From positions 1 through 30,253 of the forward strand of contig CBDUSX010000001.1 of NCBI GenBank assembly GCA_965369935.1: a DNA stretch of 30,253 bases. Direction: 5' to 3'. The DNA is from an uncultured bacterium (GTDB taxonomy: Bacteria > SAR324 > JACQKK01). Below the pieces are notes generated by a model, which saw only the letters and a program-made list of their open reading frames with translations, was not told the DNA's origin and searched no databases. The position numbers were made by a program, and so were the translations under genes. Shown here piece after piece: positions 17,097 to 26,090 of the stretch. How positions within the stretch are numbered: position 1 is the stretch's first letter; the number at the start of each line of letters is the position of its first letter.

Positions 17097-19067
17097 TCAG
17101 TTGTCCGGCGAGGGGTTCTCCGCTTCCGGTTGGGCCGTGCCGGGCGGCGGCCCGAAAGCCTCCTCCAGCTTTTGCTGAAACTTCCGCCGGGACTCTTCGA
17201 TCACCGAGAACTGTGGCATCCGGGGTGCGAAGGCTTCGATGTGCTTATCATAGAATCGCAGAATTTGCTTGGCGATGGGCGCGGCCGCGGCCGATCCGGC
17301 GCCGCCGTGCTCCACCAGCACCACCACGGACACCTCGGGGTTATAAGCCGGCGCGTAGCCGACGAACAGGGAATGGGGCAGCAGACTCTCATCCTCTTTT
17401 TCCCCTTCGACAATGGCCAGCCGCGCCGCCCGGCCCACCACCTGGGAGGTGCCTGTCTTGCCCGCGGTGACGAAGTTGAGCGAGCGCACCTTTCGCGCGG
17501 TGCCGCGGCCTTCCACCGCTTCGATCATCCCTGCGCGGATCAGATCGAAGTTTTCGGCGGAAATGGGCAACAGCCGGGTCTGGCGGGGCAGATCGGCGGC
17601 GGATATGACATCGAAGCCGTCCGGACTGACGATCTGCCGCAGCAGGGTGGGCTTGACCCATACCCCGCGGTTGGCGATCGTGTTCACGTAATTGATGAGC
17701 TGGATCGGCGTCACGCTGACGTAGCCCTGCCCGATGGACACGGCCACGGTCTCCCCTATGTACCATTTTTCCTTGAGATTGCGGAGCTTCCATTCCTTGG
17801 TGGGCAACAGCCCTGCCTTTTCGCTTTCCGTTTCCAAGTTGGTGAGCTGGCCGAAGCCGAGCATGGTGGCGTACTCGCTGATGCGGTCCACCCCCAGTTC
17901 CTGACCCAGCTTGTAGAAGTACACGTTGCAGGAGGCCGCCAGCGCCGCTTTCAGATTCACGTAGCCGTGCCCCGAGCGCTTCCAGCAATAGCGGATATCC
18001 CGGTTGATGCGGAAATAGCCGGGGCAGCGGTAGGTGCTCTCCGGCCCGATCACCTGCTGGTCCAGCCCCGCCGCGGCCAGCACCATCTTGAAGGTGGAGC
18101 CTGGAGGATACTGGCCCTGGGTGGCCTTGTTGATCAGGGGTTTCTTCTCCCCCTGGGTGAGCTTGATCCAGTGCCGGCCCTTGATGCCGCCCACGAACAG
18201 GTTCGGATCGAAGTCGGGAAAGCTGTTCATGCTCAACACCTCTCCCGTGCGCGGCTTCATCACGATCACCACGCCGCTGCGCCCGGCCATCAGTGTGCGC
18301 ACCTGGCGCTGCAGGCGCAGGTCGATGGTCAGGGTGACCTCGTGGCCGGGAATGGGCCGCACGGGCAGGCCCAGCACGCGCAGTTCCCGTCCCACGTTGT
18401 CCACTTCCACCTGCCGTCCGCCGTCCAGTCCGATCAGCAGGTCGTTGAGCATGGATTCAATGCCCGACTGGCCCACGATGCGCCCGGAGTACAACTTCCT
18501 GATGGGCAGATTCTTCAGTTGATCCTCGTTGATGACGCCCACATAGCCCAGCACATGGGAGGACAGAAAGGCGGTGGGGTAGAGCCGTTTGGGCTCGACC
18601 GCCACGGATATGCCCGGCAGATCGCCCTGGTAGGTGTCCACCAGGTCCGCCGTCTTGCGGCCGATGTCCTTCAACAGCAGCACCGGCTTGAACTTGCGCT
18701 GGCGGCGCTTGGCGCTGGCCGCATCCACCAGGTTTTGGTAGGGCGCCGCGGTCACCTGGGCCAGTTTTCTCAGGGAAGCGGCGAGGTCCGGCGTGTCCTC
18801 GGGAATGAGCTGGACGTTGAAGGCCGGCCGGTTGAAGGCCAGGATGACCCCCTGGCGGTCGTAAACGATCCCCCGCGGCGCCTCCTGGGGAATGACCCGG
18901 ATGCGGTTGCCTCTGGACAACTCGGCATAGTAAGTGCCGTTCAGCAGCTGCAAATACCACAGGCGGCCCAGCAGCACGAGAAACAGGACGGCCAGCGTTG
19001 CGGCAATCACGGCCAGCCTGAACCGCAGCAGCTGGATCTCCTCGGTGGTCATCAACGTGTATCTCAT
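17097..19067 (-). CDS. mrdA: Penicillin-binding protein 2 (class B transpeptidase)
   Basis: N-terminal TM; RLWYLQ; APRGIVYDR; SxxK (PGSTFK), SCN and KTG motifs; directly downstream of mreD. Confidence 0.97.
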   Translation of the reverse strand: MRYTLMTTEEIQLLRFRLAVIAATLAVLFLVLLGRLWYLQLLNGTYYAELSRGNRIRVIPQEAPRGIVYDRQGVILAFNRPAFNVQLIPEDTPDLAASLRKLAQVTAAPYQNLVDAASAKRRQRKFKPVLLLKDIGRKTADLVDTYQGDLPGISVAVEPKRLYPTAFLSSHVLGYVGVINEDQLKNLPIRKLYSGRIVGQSGIESMLNDLLIGLDGGRQVEVDNVGRELRVLGLPVRPIPGHEVTLTIDLRLQRQVRTLMAGRSGVVIVMKPRTGEVLSMNSFPDFDPNLFVGGIKGRHWIKLTQGEKKPLINKATQGQYPPGSTFKMVLAAAGLDQQVIGPESTYRCPGYFRINRDIRYCWKRSGHGYVNLKAALAASCNVYFYKLGQELGVDRISEYATMLGFGQLTNLETESEKAGLLPTKEWKLRNLKEKWYIGETVAVSIGQGYVSVTPIQLINYVNTIANRGVWVKPTLLRQIVSPDGFDVISAADLPRQTRLLPISAENFDLIRAGMIEAVEGRGTARKVRSLNFVTAGKTGTSQVVGRAARLAIVEGEKEDESLLPHSLFVGYAPAYNPEVSVVVLVEHGGAGSAAAAPIAKQILRFYDKHIEAFAPRMPQFSVIEESRRKFQQKLEEAFGPPPGTAQPEAENPSPDN

Positions 19068-19573
19068 GGCCTCGTACGGATTGAGTCAGCCAGTTTAAGC
19101 CTGCGCTCCAGCCGCGCCAGGCCCCACACCAGGAAGGGGGCCAGGACGGCGTGGTAAATGGAGGCGGGCAGCACCTTGCGGAACAGCCACTGCCACCAGG
19201 GGGTGGCGCCGTCCAGGATTTCGAAGATCGAGATGGAGATCACCCCTTCGGCCAGGGTCAGTCCCGCCACGGCGGCCATGGTGAACCATACGGTATTCTC
19301 GTAAATGGAGCTGCCCACGTAAATCGAAAGAATGGAAATCAGGAAAAAACTGATTCCGTATACGCCCAGCATACCGTGGGAAAACACGTCCAGCGCAATT
19401 CCGGCCAGGCTCCCGTATAAGAACAGCCAGGGCGCCATCCAGCGCAGACCCAGCACCAGCACCGTCAGCAGCAACAGGTTGGGCTTTATCCCGAATACCG
19501 ACAGGTAGGGGAAGACCGTCAGTTGCAGCCACAGCGCGCCCAGCCCGATTCCCAGGTATATCCACGGCTTCAT
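19064..19573 (-). CDS. mreD: Rod shape-determining protein MreD
   Basis: Highly hydrophobic 169 aa; KPNLLLL and GIALDVFS...G motifs; ATGA overlaps with both mreC and mrdA. Confidence 0.9.
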   Translation of the reverse strand: MKPWIYLGIGLGALWLQLTVFPYLSVFGIKPNLLLLTVLVLGLRWMAPWLFLYGSLAGIALDVFSHGMLGVYGISFFLISILSIYVGSSIYENTVWFTMAAVAGLTLAEGVISISIFEILDGATPWWQWLFRKVLPASIYHAVLAPFLVWGLARLERRLKLADSIRTRP

Positions 19574-20469
19574 GGCTGGCTGAAAAACGGCTGCCCCGCC
19601 TCGTTGCGGTCAACCATGATCACATAGACCCCCTCGATCTTGTTGAAATCCACCACGGGCTGGATGATGGCGTTCTGAAACATCTCGTGCTGCTCCCGCG
19701 ACACCTCGGTGACGACGCCCACCAGAAACCCCCTGGGAAAAATGCCGGCCAGCCCGCTGGTGATCACCCGGTCTCCCTTCTCCACATCGGCCAGCATGCG
19801 GATGCGCTCCATGCGCAGCCCACTGCCCAGGCCCTTCACGATCCCCCGGTCCGGCGCCTTGAGGCGCAGGGAGCCTCCGCCGCCTTCCAGGATCAGGCGT
19901 TCCCGCGAGCGCTGGATGACGACCGGGAAGCGGTGCCTGCGGTCCACGATCAGCTGCACCACGGATTGCAGGGCGGTGACCGAGCGTATTCTGCCCACCA
20001 CCCCCTCGCGCAGCACCACCGGGAAATTGCGGCGAATGCCGGCCAGATGGCCCTTGTTGATCAGCAGGGTGTGGTGAAAATTGTCCAGGGATTCCCCAAT
20101 CACCTCGGAGTATATCCTCCGCTCCGGGTCGGCCTCCTTGAACTTCAGCTGCTCGCGCAGCATGTCGAATTGGATAGAGCCGTTGACGTAATGGTTCAAC
20201 TCCTCCCGCAGCGCCTGGTTTTCCAGTTCGAGGCGCTTGTTGTCTTCACCCAGCCGCACCAGGAAGACGTAGCGGTCGAACACGCCGGAAATCCAGTTGG
20301 CCGTGTTGGCAAAGCCTGCCTGGAAGGGGTAGGTCACCGCATTGACGGTCTCGTCCACCACGCCCGATTCGCGGGAGCCGGCCTGATGCACCGAGAGCAC
20401 CACGATCAGCAGGATCAACAGCCCGGCCGCCGCGAACAGAATCCGGTTGCGTTTGATGAGTTCGATCAT
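19570..20469 (-). CDS. mreC: Rod shape-determining protein MreC
   Basis: N-terminal TM, coiled coil (ENQALREEL), LLINKG, GVVGRI, GDRVITSGLAGIFPRG, PVVDFNKIE. Confidence 0.96.
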   Translation of the reverse strand: MIELIKRNRILFAAAGLLILLIVVLSVHQAGSRESGVVDETVNAVTYPFQAGFANTANWISGVFDRYVFLVRLGEDNKRLELENQALREELNHYVNGSIQFDMLREQLKFKEADPERRIYSEVIGESLDNFHHTLLINKGHLAGIRRNFPVVLREGVVGRIRSVTALQSVVQLIVDRRHRFPVVIQRSRERLILEGGGGSLRLKAPDRGIVKGLGSGLRMERIRMLADVEKGDRVITSGLAGIFPRGFLVGVVTEVSREQHEMFQNAIIQPVVDFNKIEGVYVIMVDRNEAGQPFFSQP

Positions 20470-20550
20470 GGCCAGATATTGCCCATCCCGGTTTTGCGCC
20501 GCAGGTCCGGAGGCGCCGCGTTTGTCCTGCGGCGGTGTTCGCCGTCCTGG

Positions 20551-21579
20551 TCAGACGGCCTGCTTCCCGTCTCCGTTGCCGTCCAGCACCCGCGGGGCGC
20601 CCAGCACGGTGGCGTTGACGGGGTCGTCCGTCAGCTTGAACTCCAGCCCGGTGCGCTCGCTCAGGTATGCGGGCAGTCCCTGCAAAAGCGCTCCGCCCCC
20701 CAGCAGGGTGATTCCGTTGCGGGCGATGTCGCCGGCCAGTTCGGGCGGAACCCCTTCGAACCCGCGTTGAAATCCCAGCAGCAGCCGTTCGCAGGCGTCC
20801 ATCAGAACGTCCCTGATTTCGTTGTCCTCCAGGATCAGGTGCTTGAGGTCGTCCGTGCGCTTGTCCCGCGCCTCCACCTGGATGGAGGCGGGCTTTTCCA
20901 TGGGATATACCGAGCCCACGGCGAGCTTGACCTGCTGCGCGGTCTCCGGGGAGATCACCCGCCCATAGCGCCGCGTCACATAGCGGCCGATGGCTTCGTC
21001 CAACTCCCTGCCGCCGAAATCCTCCTGCCACCAGGCGGCCAGTTCCCCCATGGTGAATAGGGCGAAGGAGGTCTTGCCGCCGCCGATATCCATCAACATC
21101 TGGCCCTGGGGCTCGCTCAGCCGCAAACCGCAGCCCAGTGCCGCGGCCAGGGGTGCCTGCAGCAGGTACTTGCGGCCGAACCCCATGTCCACCAGCAGCG
21201 CCCGCAGCCGCGCGGACTCTTCCTGTGGGAGTCCGGGCGGCACCAGCAAGGCCCCGATATTGCGGAGCGAAAGAAAGGCCCAACGGCTTTCGGTGCGCCG
21301 GATCAACTCCCGCAGCAGCTTTTCCATCGCGAATGCATCGGCCACGCGCCCGTGGGCGACGGGAGCCACCAATCGATCCGGGGGAGCTTTTTCGGGCCTC
21401 TTTTTCTTGGGTCGTCCGGCCTCCCTGCCTGCCTGCCGCGGAGGATCCGGCTGGCCGTTCGGGATGCCGATGAGGGAAGGCACTCTAAGAAGATGCGGTT
21501 TCCGGTTGGAAACGACGACGGTGTGAGAGGAGCCGATATCGAATATCAGTTCCCGCCGAAATGTCAGCCCGAACTTCAA
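20551..21579 (-). CDS. mreB: Divergent MreB-like actin-fold protein (342 aa)
   Basis: TTG start with GAGG RBS; motifs DIGSSHT, PLAAALG, DIGGG, GGRELDEAI, ELAGDIARNGITLLGGGALL, DDP; first gene of mreC-mreD-mrdA. Several catalytic positions are altered. Confidence 0.85.
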   Translation of the reverse strand: MKFGLTFRRELIFDIGSSHTVVVSNRKPHLLRVPSLIGIPNGQPDPPRQAGREAGRPKKKRPEKAPPDRLVAPVAHGRVADAFAMEKLLRELIRRTESRWAFLSLRNIGALLVPPGLPQEESARLRALLVDMGFGRKYLLQAPLAAALGCGLRLSEPQGQMLMDIGGGKTSFALFTMGELAAWWQEDFGGRELDEAIGRYVTRRYGRVISPETAQQVKLAVGSVYPMEKPASIQVEARDKRTDDLKHLILEDNEIRDVLMDACERLLLGFQRGFEGVPPELAGDIARNGITLLGGGALLQGLPAYLSERTGLEFKLTDDPVNATVLGAPRVLDGNGDGKQAV

Positions 21580-21707
21580 AAGCCTCGATCCCGTGTTAAA
21601 TCAGAGGACATCCCAGCCCCATACCTACCACCCCCCCTTGTTGAAGACAAGGGAGGCGCCCCGCCGCCGCAGCCGCCGGAGGGCGGGAGGAATCCCCCGG
21701 CGCAAGC

Positions 21708-21735
21708 TTGACAGTTGCGGTGGTTTCCATAATAT
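21708..21735 (+). promoter_or_regulatory. Sigma70 promoter of tRNA-Phe (possibly also mtnP-rodZ)
   Basis: Perfect TTGACA (21708-21713), 16-nt spacer, TAATAT (21730-21735), 21 nt before the tRNA. Confidence 0.75.
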
Positions 21736-21756
21736 GCCTTCTTTGGGAACGGTTCT

Positions 21757-21829
21757 GGCGAGATAGCTCAGTTGGTAGAGCAGGGGACTGAAAATCCCCG
21801 TGTCCACAGTTCGATTCTGTGTCTCGCCA
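21757..21829 (+). tRNA. tRNA-Phe (GAA), CCA end not encoded
   Basis: Acceptor GGCGAGA/TCTCGCC; D-arm GCTC-AGTTGGTA-GAGC; anticodon arm GGGGA-CTGAAAA-TCCCC; T-arm CACAG-TTCGATT-CTGTG; discriminator A21829 followed by CTT. Confidence 0.98.
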
Positions 21830-21893
21830 CTTTCTCCATCCCCGTCCCACCGGCGGCGGCGTGCCGCCCGCATCCTGATATTCCGGCAGCACG

Positions 21894-22754
21894 ATGTTGA
21901 AAATCGGCATCATTGGAGGCAGCGGTCTGTACGAGATCGAGGGCATCGAAGGGTTGCGGGAACACCGCATGGATACGCCCTTCGGCCCTCCTTCAGACGT
22001 GCTGATGAGCGGTAAGCTCACCGGCCGGGAGGTGGTCTTTCTGCCCCGCCACGGCAAGGGGCACCGCTATTTGCCCAGCGAAATTCCCTTCAAGGCCAAC
22101 GTGTGGAGCATGAAAAAGCTGGGCGTGAGCCACCTGCTGTCCGTCTCGGCGGTAGGGAGCCTGAAAGAAGAGATCGCGCCGGGCCACATCGTATTTCCGG
22201 ATCAGTTCATTGACAGGAGCACCCTGCGGGAATCCACCTTTTTCGGCAACGGAATCGTGGGGCACGTGCAGTTCGGCGACCCGGTCTGCCCCGACCTGCT
22301 GGAGACGCTCACCCAATGCGCAGGGCGGCAGGGGGTGGCCCATCACCGCGGGGGCACCTACATCTGCATGGAAGGACCCGCCTTTTCCACCCGCGCCGAA
22401 TCCCTCATGTACCGCTCCTGGAACGGGGCGGTGATCGGCATGACCAACCTGCAGGAAGCCAAGCTGGCCCGCGAGGCGGAGATGTGTTTTGCCACCATCG
22501 CCCTTGCTACCGACTACGATTGCTGGCATGAATCTGAAGAGGAGGTGAACGTCGAGACGATTCTGAGCGTGATGCGTCAGAACATCGCCACCTCCAAGTT
22601 GTTGCTGGCGGAAGCCGTGGGGCGGATCGCGGAGGATCGCTCCTGCGCCTGCGGGGACGCGCTGCGCAATGCCATCGTGACACCGCCGGAGAACATTCCG
22701 GAGCAGGTGCGCGCCGACCTGGAGCCGATCATCGGCCGTTACCTGATCACCTGA
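21894..22754 (+). CDS. mtnP: S-methyl-5'-thioadenosine phosphorylase
   Basis: GIIGGSG, PRHG, SAVGSL, DQFID, EGPAFSTRAES, IGMT and ATDYDCW motifs. Confidence 0.95.
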   Translation: MLKIGIIGGSGLYEIEGIEGLREHRMDTPFGPPSDVLMSGKLTGREVVFLPRHGKGHRYLPSEIPFKANVWSMKKLGVSHLLSVSAVGSLKEEIAPGHIVFPDQFIDRSTLRESTFFGNGIVGHVQFGDPVCPDLLETLTQCAGRQGVAHHRGGTYICMEGPAFSTRAESLMYRSWNGAVIGMTNLQEAKLAREAEMCFATIALATDYDCWHESEEEVNVETILSVMRQNIATSKLLLAEAVGRIAEDRSCACGDALRNAIVTPPENIPEQVRADLEPIIGRYLIT

Positions 22755-22779
22755 AACCCGCTGCACGGTTGTAAAGGCT

Positions 22780-23643
22780 ATGAGCGAGCACGAGTCGAGC
22801 CAAATGCAGGCAATGCTGAGCATCATTGGACCGAAGCTCAAGGCGGCGCGCAAGGAGAAAGACCTTACCATCAAGGAGATTGCCGCCTCCACGCGGATCA
22901 ATGTGGTGTTTCTGGAGCGGATAGAGTCCGCGCAGGCGCAGAATCTGCCGGGGCTGACCTTCGTGCGCGGATTCATCCGCAACTACCTGCAAGTGCTGGG
23001 GCTGCACGACGAGGAAATCGAGGAGCAGTTGCGGAGCATCGCCACCATGGACGAGTACCTCTCCCAGACCGCGCTGGGGCCGGAAATAAACGAAATGCAC
23101 GGGGAGGAGTTGCCTGCCTCCATACCCGCCCAGAAGCTGGTGATTATGGGCCTGGTAGCGGTGTTGGTCGTTGCGGCCGGCTATATGGGAATCCGCCTGT
23201 TCTCGCGCTCCGACGGAGATGCCCCCGCCCCGCCGGCGGTGATGGAAAAGGCAGCTGACGAGTCCTCCGTGGGGTCCGAGCAACCGCAGGCGCCGGGCGG
23301 CCAGTCCGAAAAGCCGTCCGCCGAGCCCCCCGCCCGCAGTGACGCCCGCTCCTCCCGGGGCGCAATCCTGGAAGCTCCGCAAAACCTGCGCCTCACGGTG
23401 CGGGGCCTGGAACCCACCTGGATCAGGGTTTCTCTGGATCGCGCGCCGCCGGTGGAGGTGCGCCTGGAGCCAGCGGAAACCATGAACTGGGAAGCCAACG
23501 AGGAAATCCGCCTCGTCATCGGAAAATCCCACGGCGTGGCCGTCTATCTGAACGGCGAGGACATTCTGATGCCCGAGGAACGCAACCAGCTCATCCCCAA
23601 CATCGTGCTGAACAAGCTGACTCTGCTCAGGCTGGAAAACTGA
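22780..23643 (+). CDS. rodZ: RodZ-like protein (HTH, single TM, linker, C-terminal DUF4115-like domain)
   Basis: HTH IGPKLKAARKEK...FVRGFIRNYLQVLGL; TM LVIMGLVAVLVVAAGYMGI; Pro/Ala/Ser linker; TWIRVSLD...IGKSHGVAVYLNG. Confidence 0.88.
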   Translation: MSEHESSQMQAMLSIIGPKLKAARKEKDLTIKEIAASTRINVVFLERIESAQAQNLPGLTFVRGFIRNYLQVLGLHDEEIEEQLRSIATMDEYLSQTALGPEINEMHGEELPASIPAQKLVIMGLVAVLVVAAGYMGIRLFSRSDGDAPAPPAVMEKAADESSVGSEQPQAPGGQSEKPSAEPPARSDARSSRGAILEAPQNLRLTVRGLEPTWIRVSLDRAPPVEVRLEPAETMNWEANEEIRLVIGKSHGVAVYLNGEDILMPEERNQLIPNIVLNKLTLLRLEN

Positions 23644-23807
23644 GAGCGGCGCCCATGCCTGTGCCGCTGAGGCGCGCGCCCCCGTTCCGGAACCGGTCTT
23701 GGGAGCGCCGCCGTTCCGTTCCGCTCCGCGGGGATTTTTCAGGGCCTCAGTCTCAATCGTAGACCCTCACCTCCCTGACCTCGATCTGGTGTGACTCCCC
23801 TCCCGGC

Positions 23808-24272
23808 CTATATGCTGTGGTAGCCGCCCATGTAGTAGAGCAGGGGGCGGCCTTCCCCGAGGTGAATTTCCCGCACCTCCCCCATGAAAATCAGGTGGTC
23901 CCCCCCGGGCACCGTGCGCGTCGTGCGGCATTCCAGCATGGCCAGGGAGTTTTCGATCAGGGGCATGCCTTCCGCCCCGTCCCTCAGGGCCAGGCCATCG
24001 AACTTGTCCTCTCCCCGCGAGGCGAATCGGTCGGAAATCTCCTGCTGGGTGTCGCTGAGGATATTCACCACAAAGCCCCGCGCTGCGAGGAAGGCATCGT
24101 AGCAGGTGGCGTCATTGGCCAGGCAGAACAGCACCATCGGAGGATTGATGGAGAGCGAGGTAAAGGAGGAGGCCGTAAAACCGGCGGGCTCGCCGTTTAC
24201 GTCGCGGGTCGTGACAACGGTAACGCCGGTGCCGAATCGGCCCAGGCCTGCTTTGAAATCGGCGGCATCCAT
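23808..24272 (-). CDS. Flavin reductase family protein (154 aa)
   Basis: FGTGVTVVTT, TASSFTSLSINPP, FVVNILS, GGDHLIFMGEV, PLLYY motifs. Confidence 0.95.
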   Translation of the reverse strand: MDAADFKAGLGRFGTGVTVVTTRDVNGEPAGFTASSFTSLSINPPMVLFCLANDATCYDAFLAARGFVVNILSDTQQEISDRFASRGEDKFDGLALRDGAEGMPLIENSLAMLECRTTRTVPGGDHLIFMGEVREIHLGEGRPLLYYMGGYHSI

Positions 24273-24312
24273 CCTGAATATCCATGTCCCGGCCCCCGCG
24301 CGAGGGGCTGCC

Positions 24313-25968
24313 TCAGGCGGGCTCCGCCTTCAGGGTTTCCCCGTTCTGCGCGTAATGAGGCTCGAAATACTGGCTGTAGAACTGGTTGAGGTACTTCTTC
24401 TGGTCGTCGTCCATGTAGAAGAAATCCACCCCGCGGTCCGTAATTTCCCAGAATTTACGGTCGGTCACCGCCAGCATTTCCTCCCGGATCGCATCCATCC
24501 GATCCTGGGGCTCGTCCTTCATGTCCTCGAAAATCTTCACGACGATTTCGCGGTCGCCCTTGGAGAGCAGAAAGCTGGCGAACATCAACTGGGCCTTGCG
24601 GACGGAGCGCAACTCGAACTCGTTGGCCTGCGTGGCGGGGGTGTCGTCCACCTCGAGGAAGGTCCGGATCAGGTTGTCCAGATTCGGCACGTTCTTCAGA
24701 TAGGCCTTTTCCAGCAGATAGGACAGGTCAAAGCAGGCCGTAATGAGAATCAGAGGAATGTTGTAGTTCTGCGCAATCTGTCCGTAGTATTTGAAATAAA
24801 ACGCGATCCGCTCGGCGAGCTTTTGATCCACGTCCAGCACGTCCTCGGCCAGCATGCGGTACTGGTACAGCAGATTGTAGATGGCCTTGGGATTGCGGTT
24901 GTTCACCGCCTGGCGCAGGAAGGTGTTGAAGAACTGGATGACGCTGGACAGCACCTGAAATTCCTTCAGCCGGATCGCATACTGTCCGATGATCTTGGCG
25001 TTGTTCGCCACCGCGCTGACCGCGTCGGGCATGTCCTTGATGGCGGTCTTGAAAATCAACTCCATGTCCATAAAGCCCTTGGCTTCCACCCAGGTATGGG
25101 AACTGAAAATTTCCTGGATGAAGTCGGAAGACAGGGCGGGGAAATGATCCTTTTGGCCATGGAACCAGCGCCTGGGCATGCGCTTCTTGATCAGCAGGTA
25201 GTCCACCAGCACGTCCTTGAGGGTGCGGATGGCGTGCAGCGCCACGTTGCGGTCCATCTGGGACACCGCGCTCAGGGCGATGTCGCTGATTTGCTCCATG
25301 GCATTGGCCACGTCGTTTTGCTTCCTGCGGATTTCCGCCGGCTTGCGCCGGGCTTCCAGCACCTTGAGCATGCCCTTCTTGGCGTTGGCGCGGATGATGG
25401 CGATGATGTTGTCCGGAGTCAGGAACTTGAAGACGTAATTGAAATAGGGAATCAGCAGACTCAGGATGAGGGTGGTCAAAATCAGCAGAAACAGGCTGCC
25501 CCAGAAGGGAAGAAACCCCTTGGTGGTGGAATACACCAGCAGCAGGCTGTACATGCTCGCCACCACCATCAGCACGAAGAAGGCTATGTTCACCCGGTCG
25601 GCGATAAACAGGTCAATCAGCTTGGGGGTGTAGCGCTGCGCGGCCAACTGCACCACGATGGCCACCACCGTGATCACCAGGCCCAGAATGGCGATCAGCA
25701 CTTCCGAAACGCCGCCCAGGGCGTCCCCAACCGCCTCCGGGTCGGTGAGGAACATCACCTCGGACAGGCGCAGTTGCCCGTCGCTCAGCGCGAAATCGAA
25801 GAACCTGAGGGCGATGTAGCCCGAAATGGCGGTCCCCGCCGTGAACCCGACCGGCAGCACCCAGTACTTGAACAGCCGCAGCCGGCTTTCCCTTTCGGCC
25901 GTGGTGTCGGCGCGCGATCTCTGCGGAGTCTCGGGGGCGGAGGATTTAAACAATTGCAGGAGGGCCAT
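24313..25968 (-). CDS. DUF2254-like membrane protein with a long helical cytoplasmic C-terminal region (551 aa)
   Basis: About four N-terminal TM helices; VVQLAAQRYTPKLIDLFIADRVN matches the DUF2254-type QxxSxxFSPRLxxxFxxD segment. Confidence 0.7.
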   Translation of the reverse strand: MALLQLFKSSAPETPQRSRADTTAERESRLRLFKYWVLPVGFTAGTAISGYIALRFFDFALSDGQLRLSEVMFLTDPEAVGDALGGVSEVLIAILGLVITVVAIVVQLAAQRYTPKLIDLFIADRVNIAFFVLMVVASMYSLLLVYSTTKGFLPFWGSLFLLILTTLILSLLIPYFNYVFKFLTPDNIIAIIRANAKKGMLKVLEARRKPAEIRRKQNDVANAMEQISDIALSAVSQMDRNVALHAIRTLKDVLVDYLLIKKRMPRRWFHGQKDHFPALSSDFIQEIFSSHTWVEAKGFMDMELIFKTAIKDMPDAVSAVANNAKIIGQYAIRLKEFQVLSSVIQFFNTFLRQAVNNRNPKAIYNLLYQYRMLAEDVLDVDQKLAERIAFYFKYYGQIAQNYNIPLILITACFDLSYLLEKAYLKNVPNLDNLIRTFLEVDDTPATQANEFELRSVRKAQLMFASFLLSKGDREIVVKIFEDMKDEPQDRMDAIREEMLAVTDRKFWEITDRGVDFFYMDDDQKKYLNQFYSQYFEPHYAQNGETLKAEPA

Positions 25969-26090
25969 CGGTCATTTTCCCGCCCATTCGGGAGCAAGCG
26001 CGTCGGAAGGCGGCTCTGACGCACCGGGGCGAATCAAATTCAATAGAAAGCTCCGCGGCTCACATGCGGTTTGCACAATGGAAGGCAAGT

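Noticed and set aside
21757-21900. tRNA-Phe as an integration site or genomic island boundary
   Set aside because: No integrase, no duplicated tRNA 3' end seen in the window, and housekeeping genes on both sides. The missing CCA is common and only implies a CCA-adding enzyme.
23755-23807. Coding-looking fragment (ESHQIEVREVRVYD) downstream of the flavin reductase, in another frame and faintly similar to its C-terminus
   Set aside because: Too short, no start codon, and the similarity is within chance.
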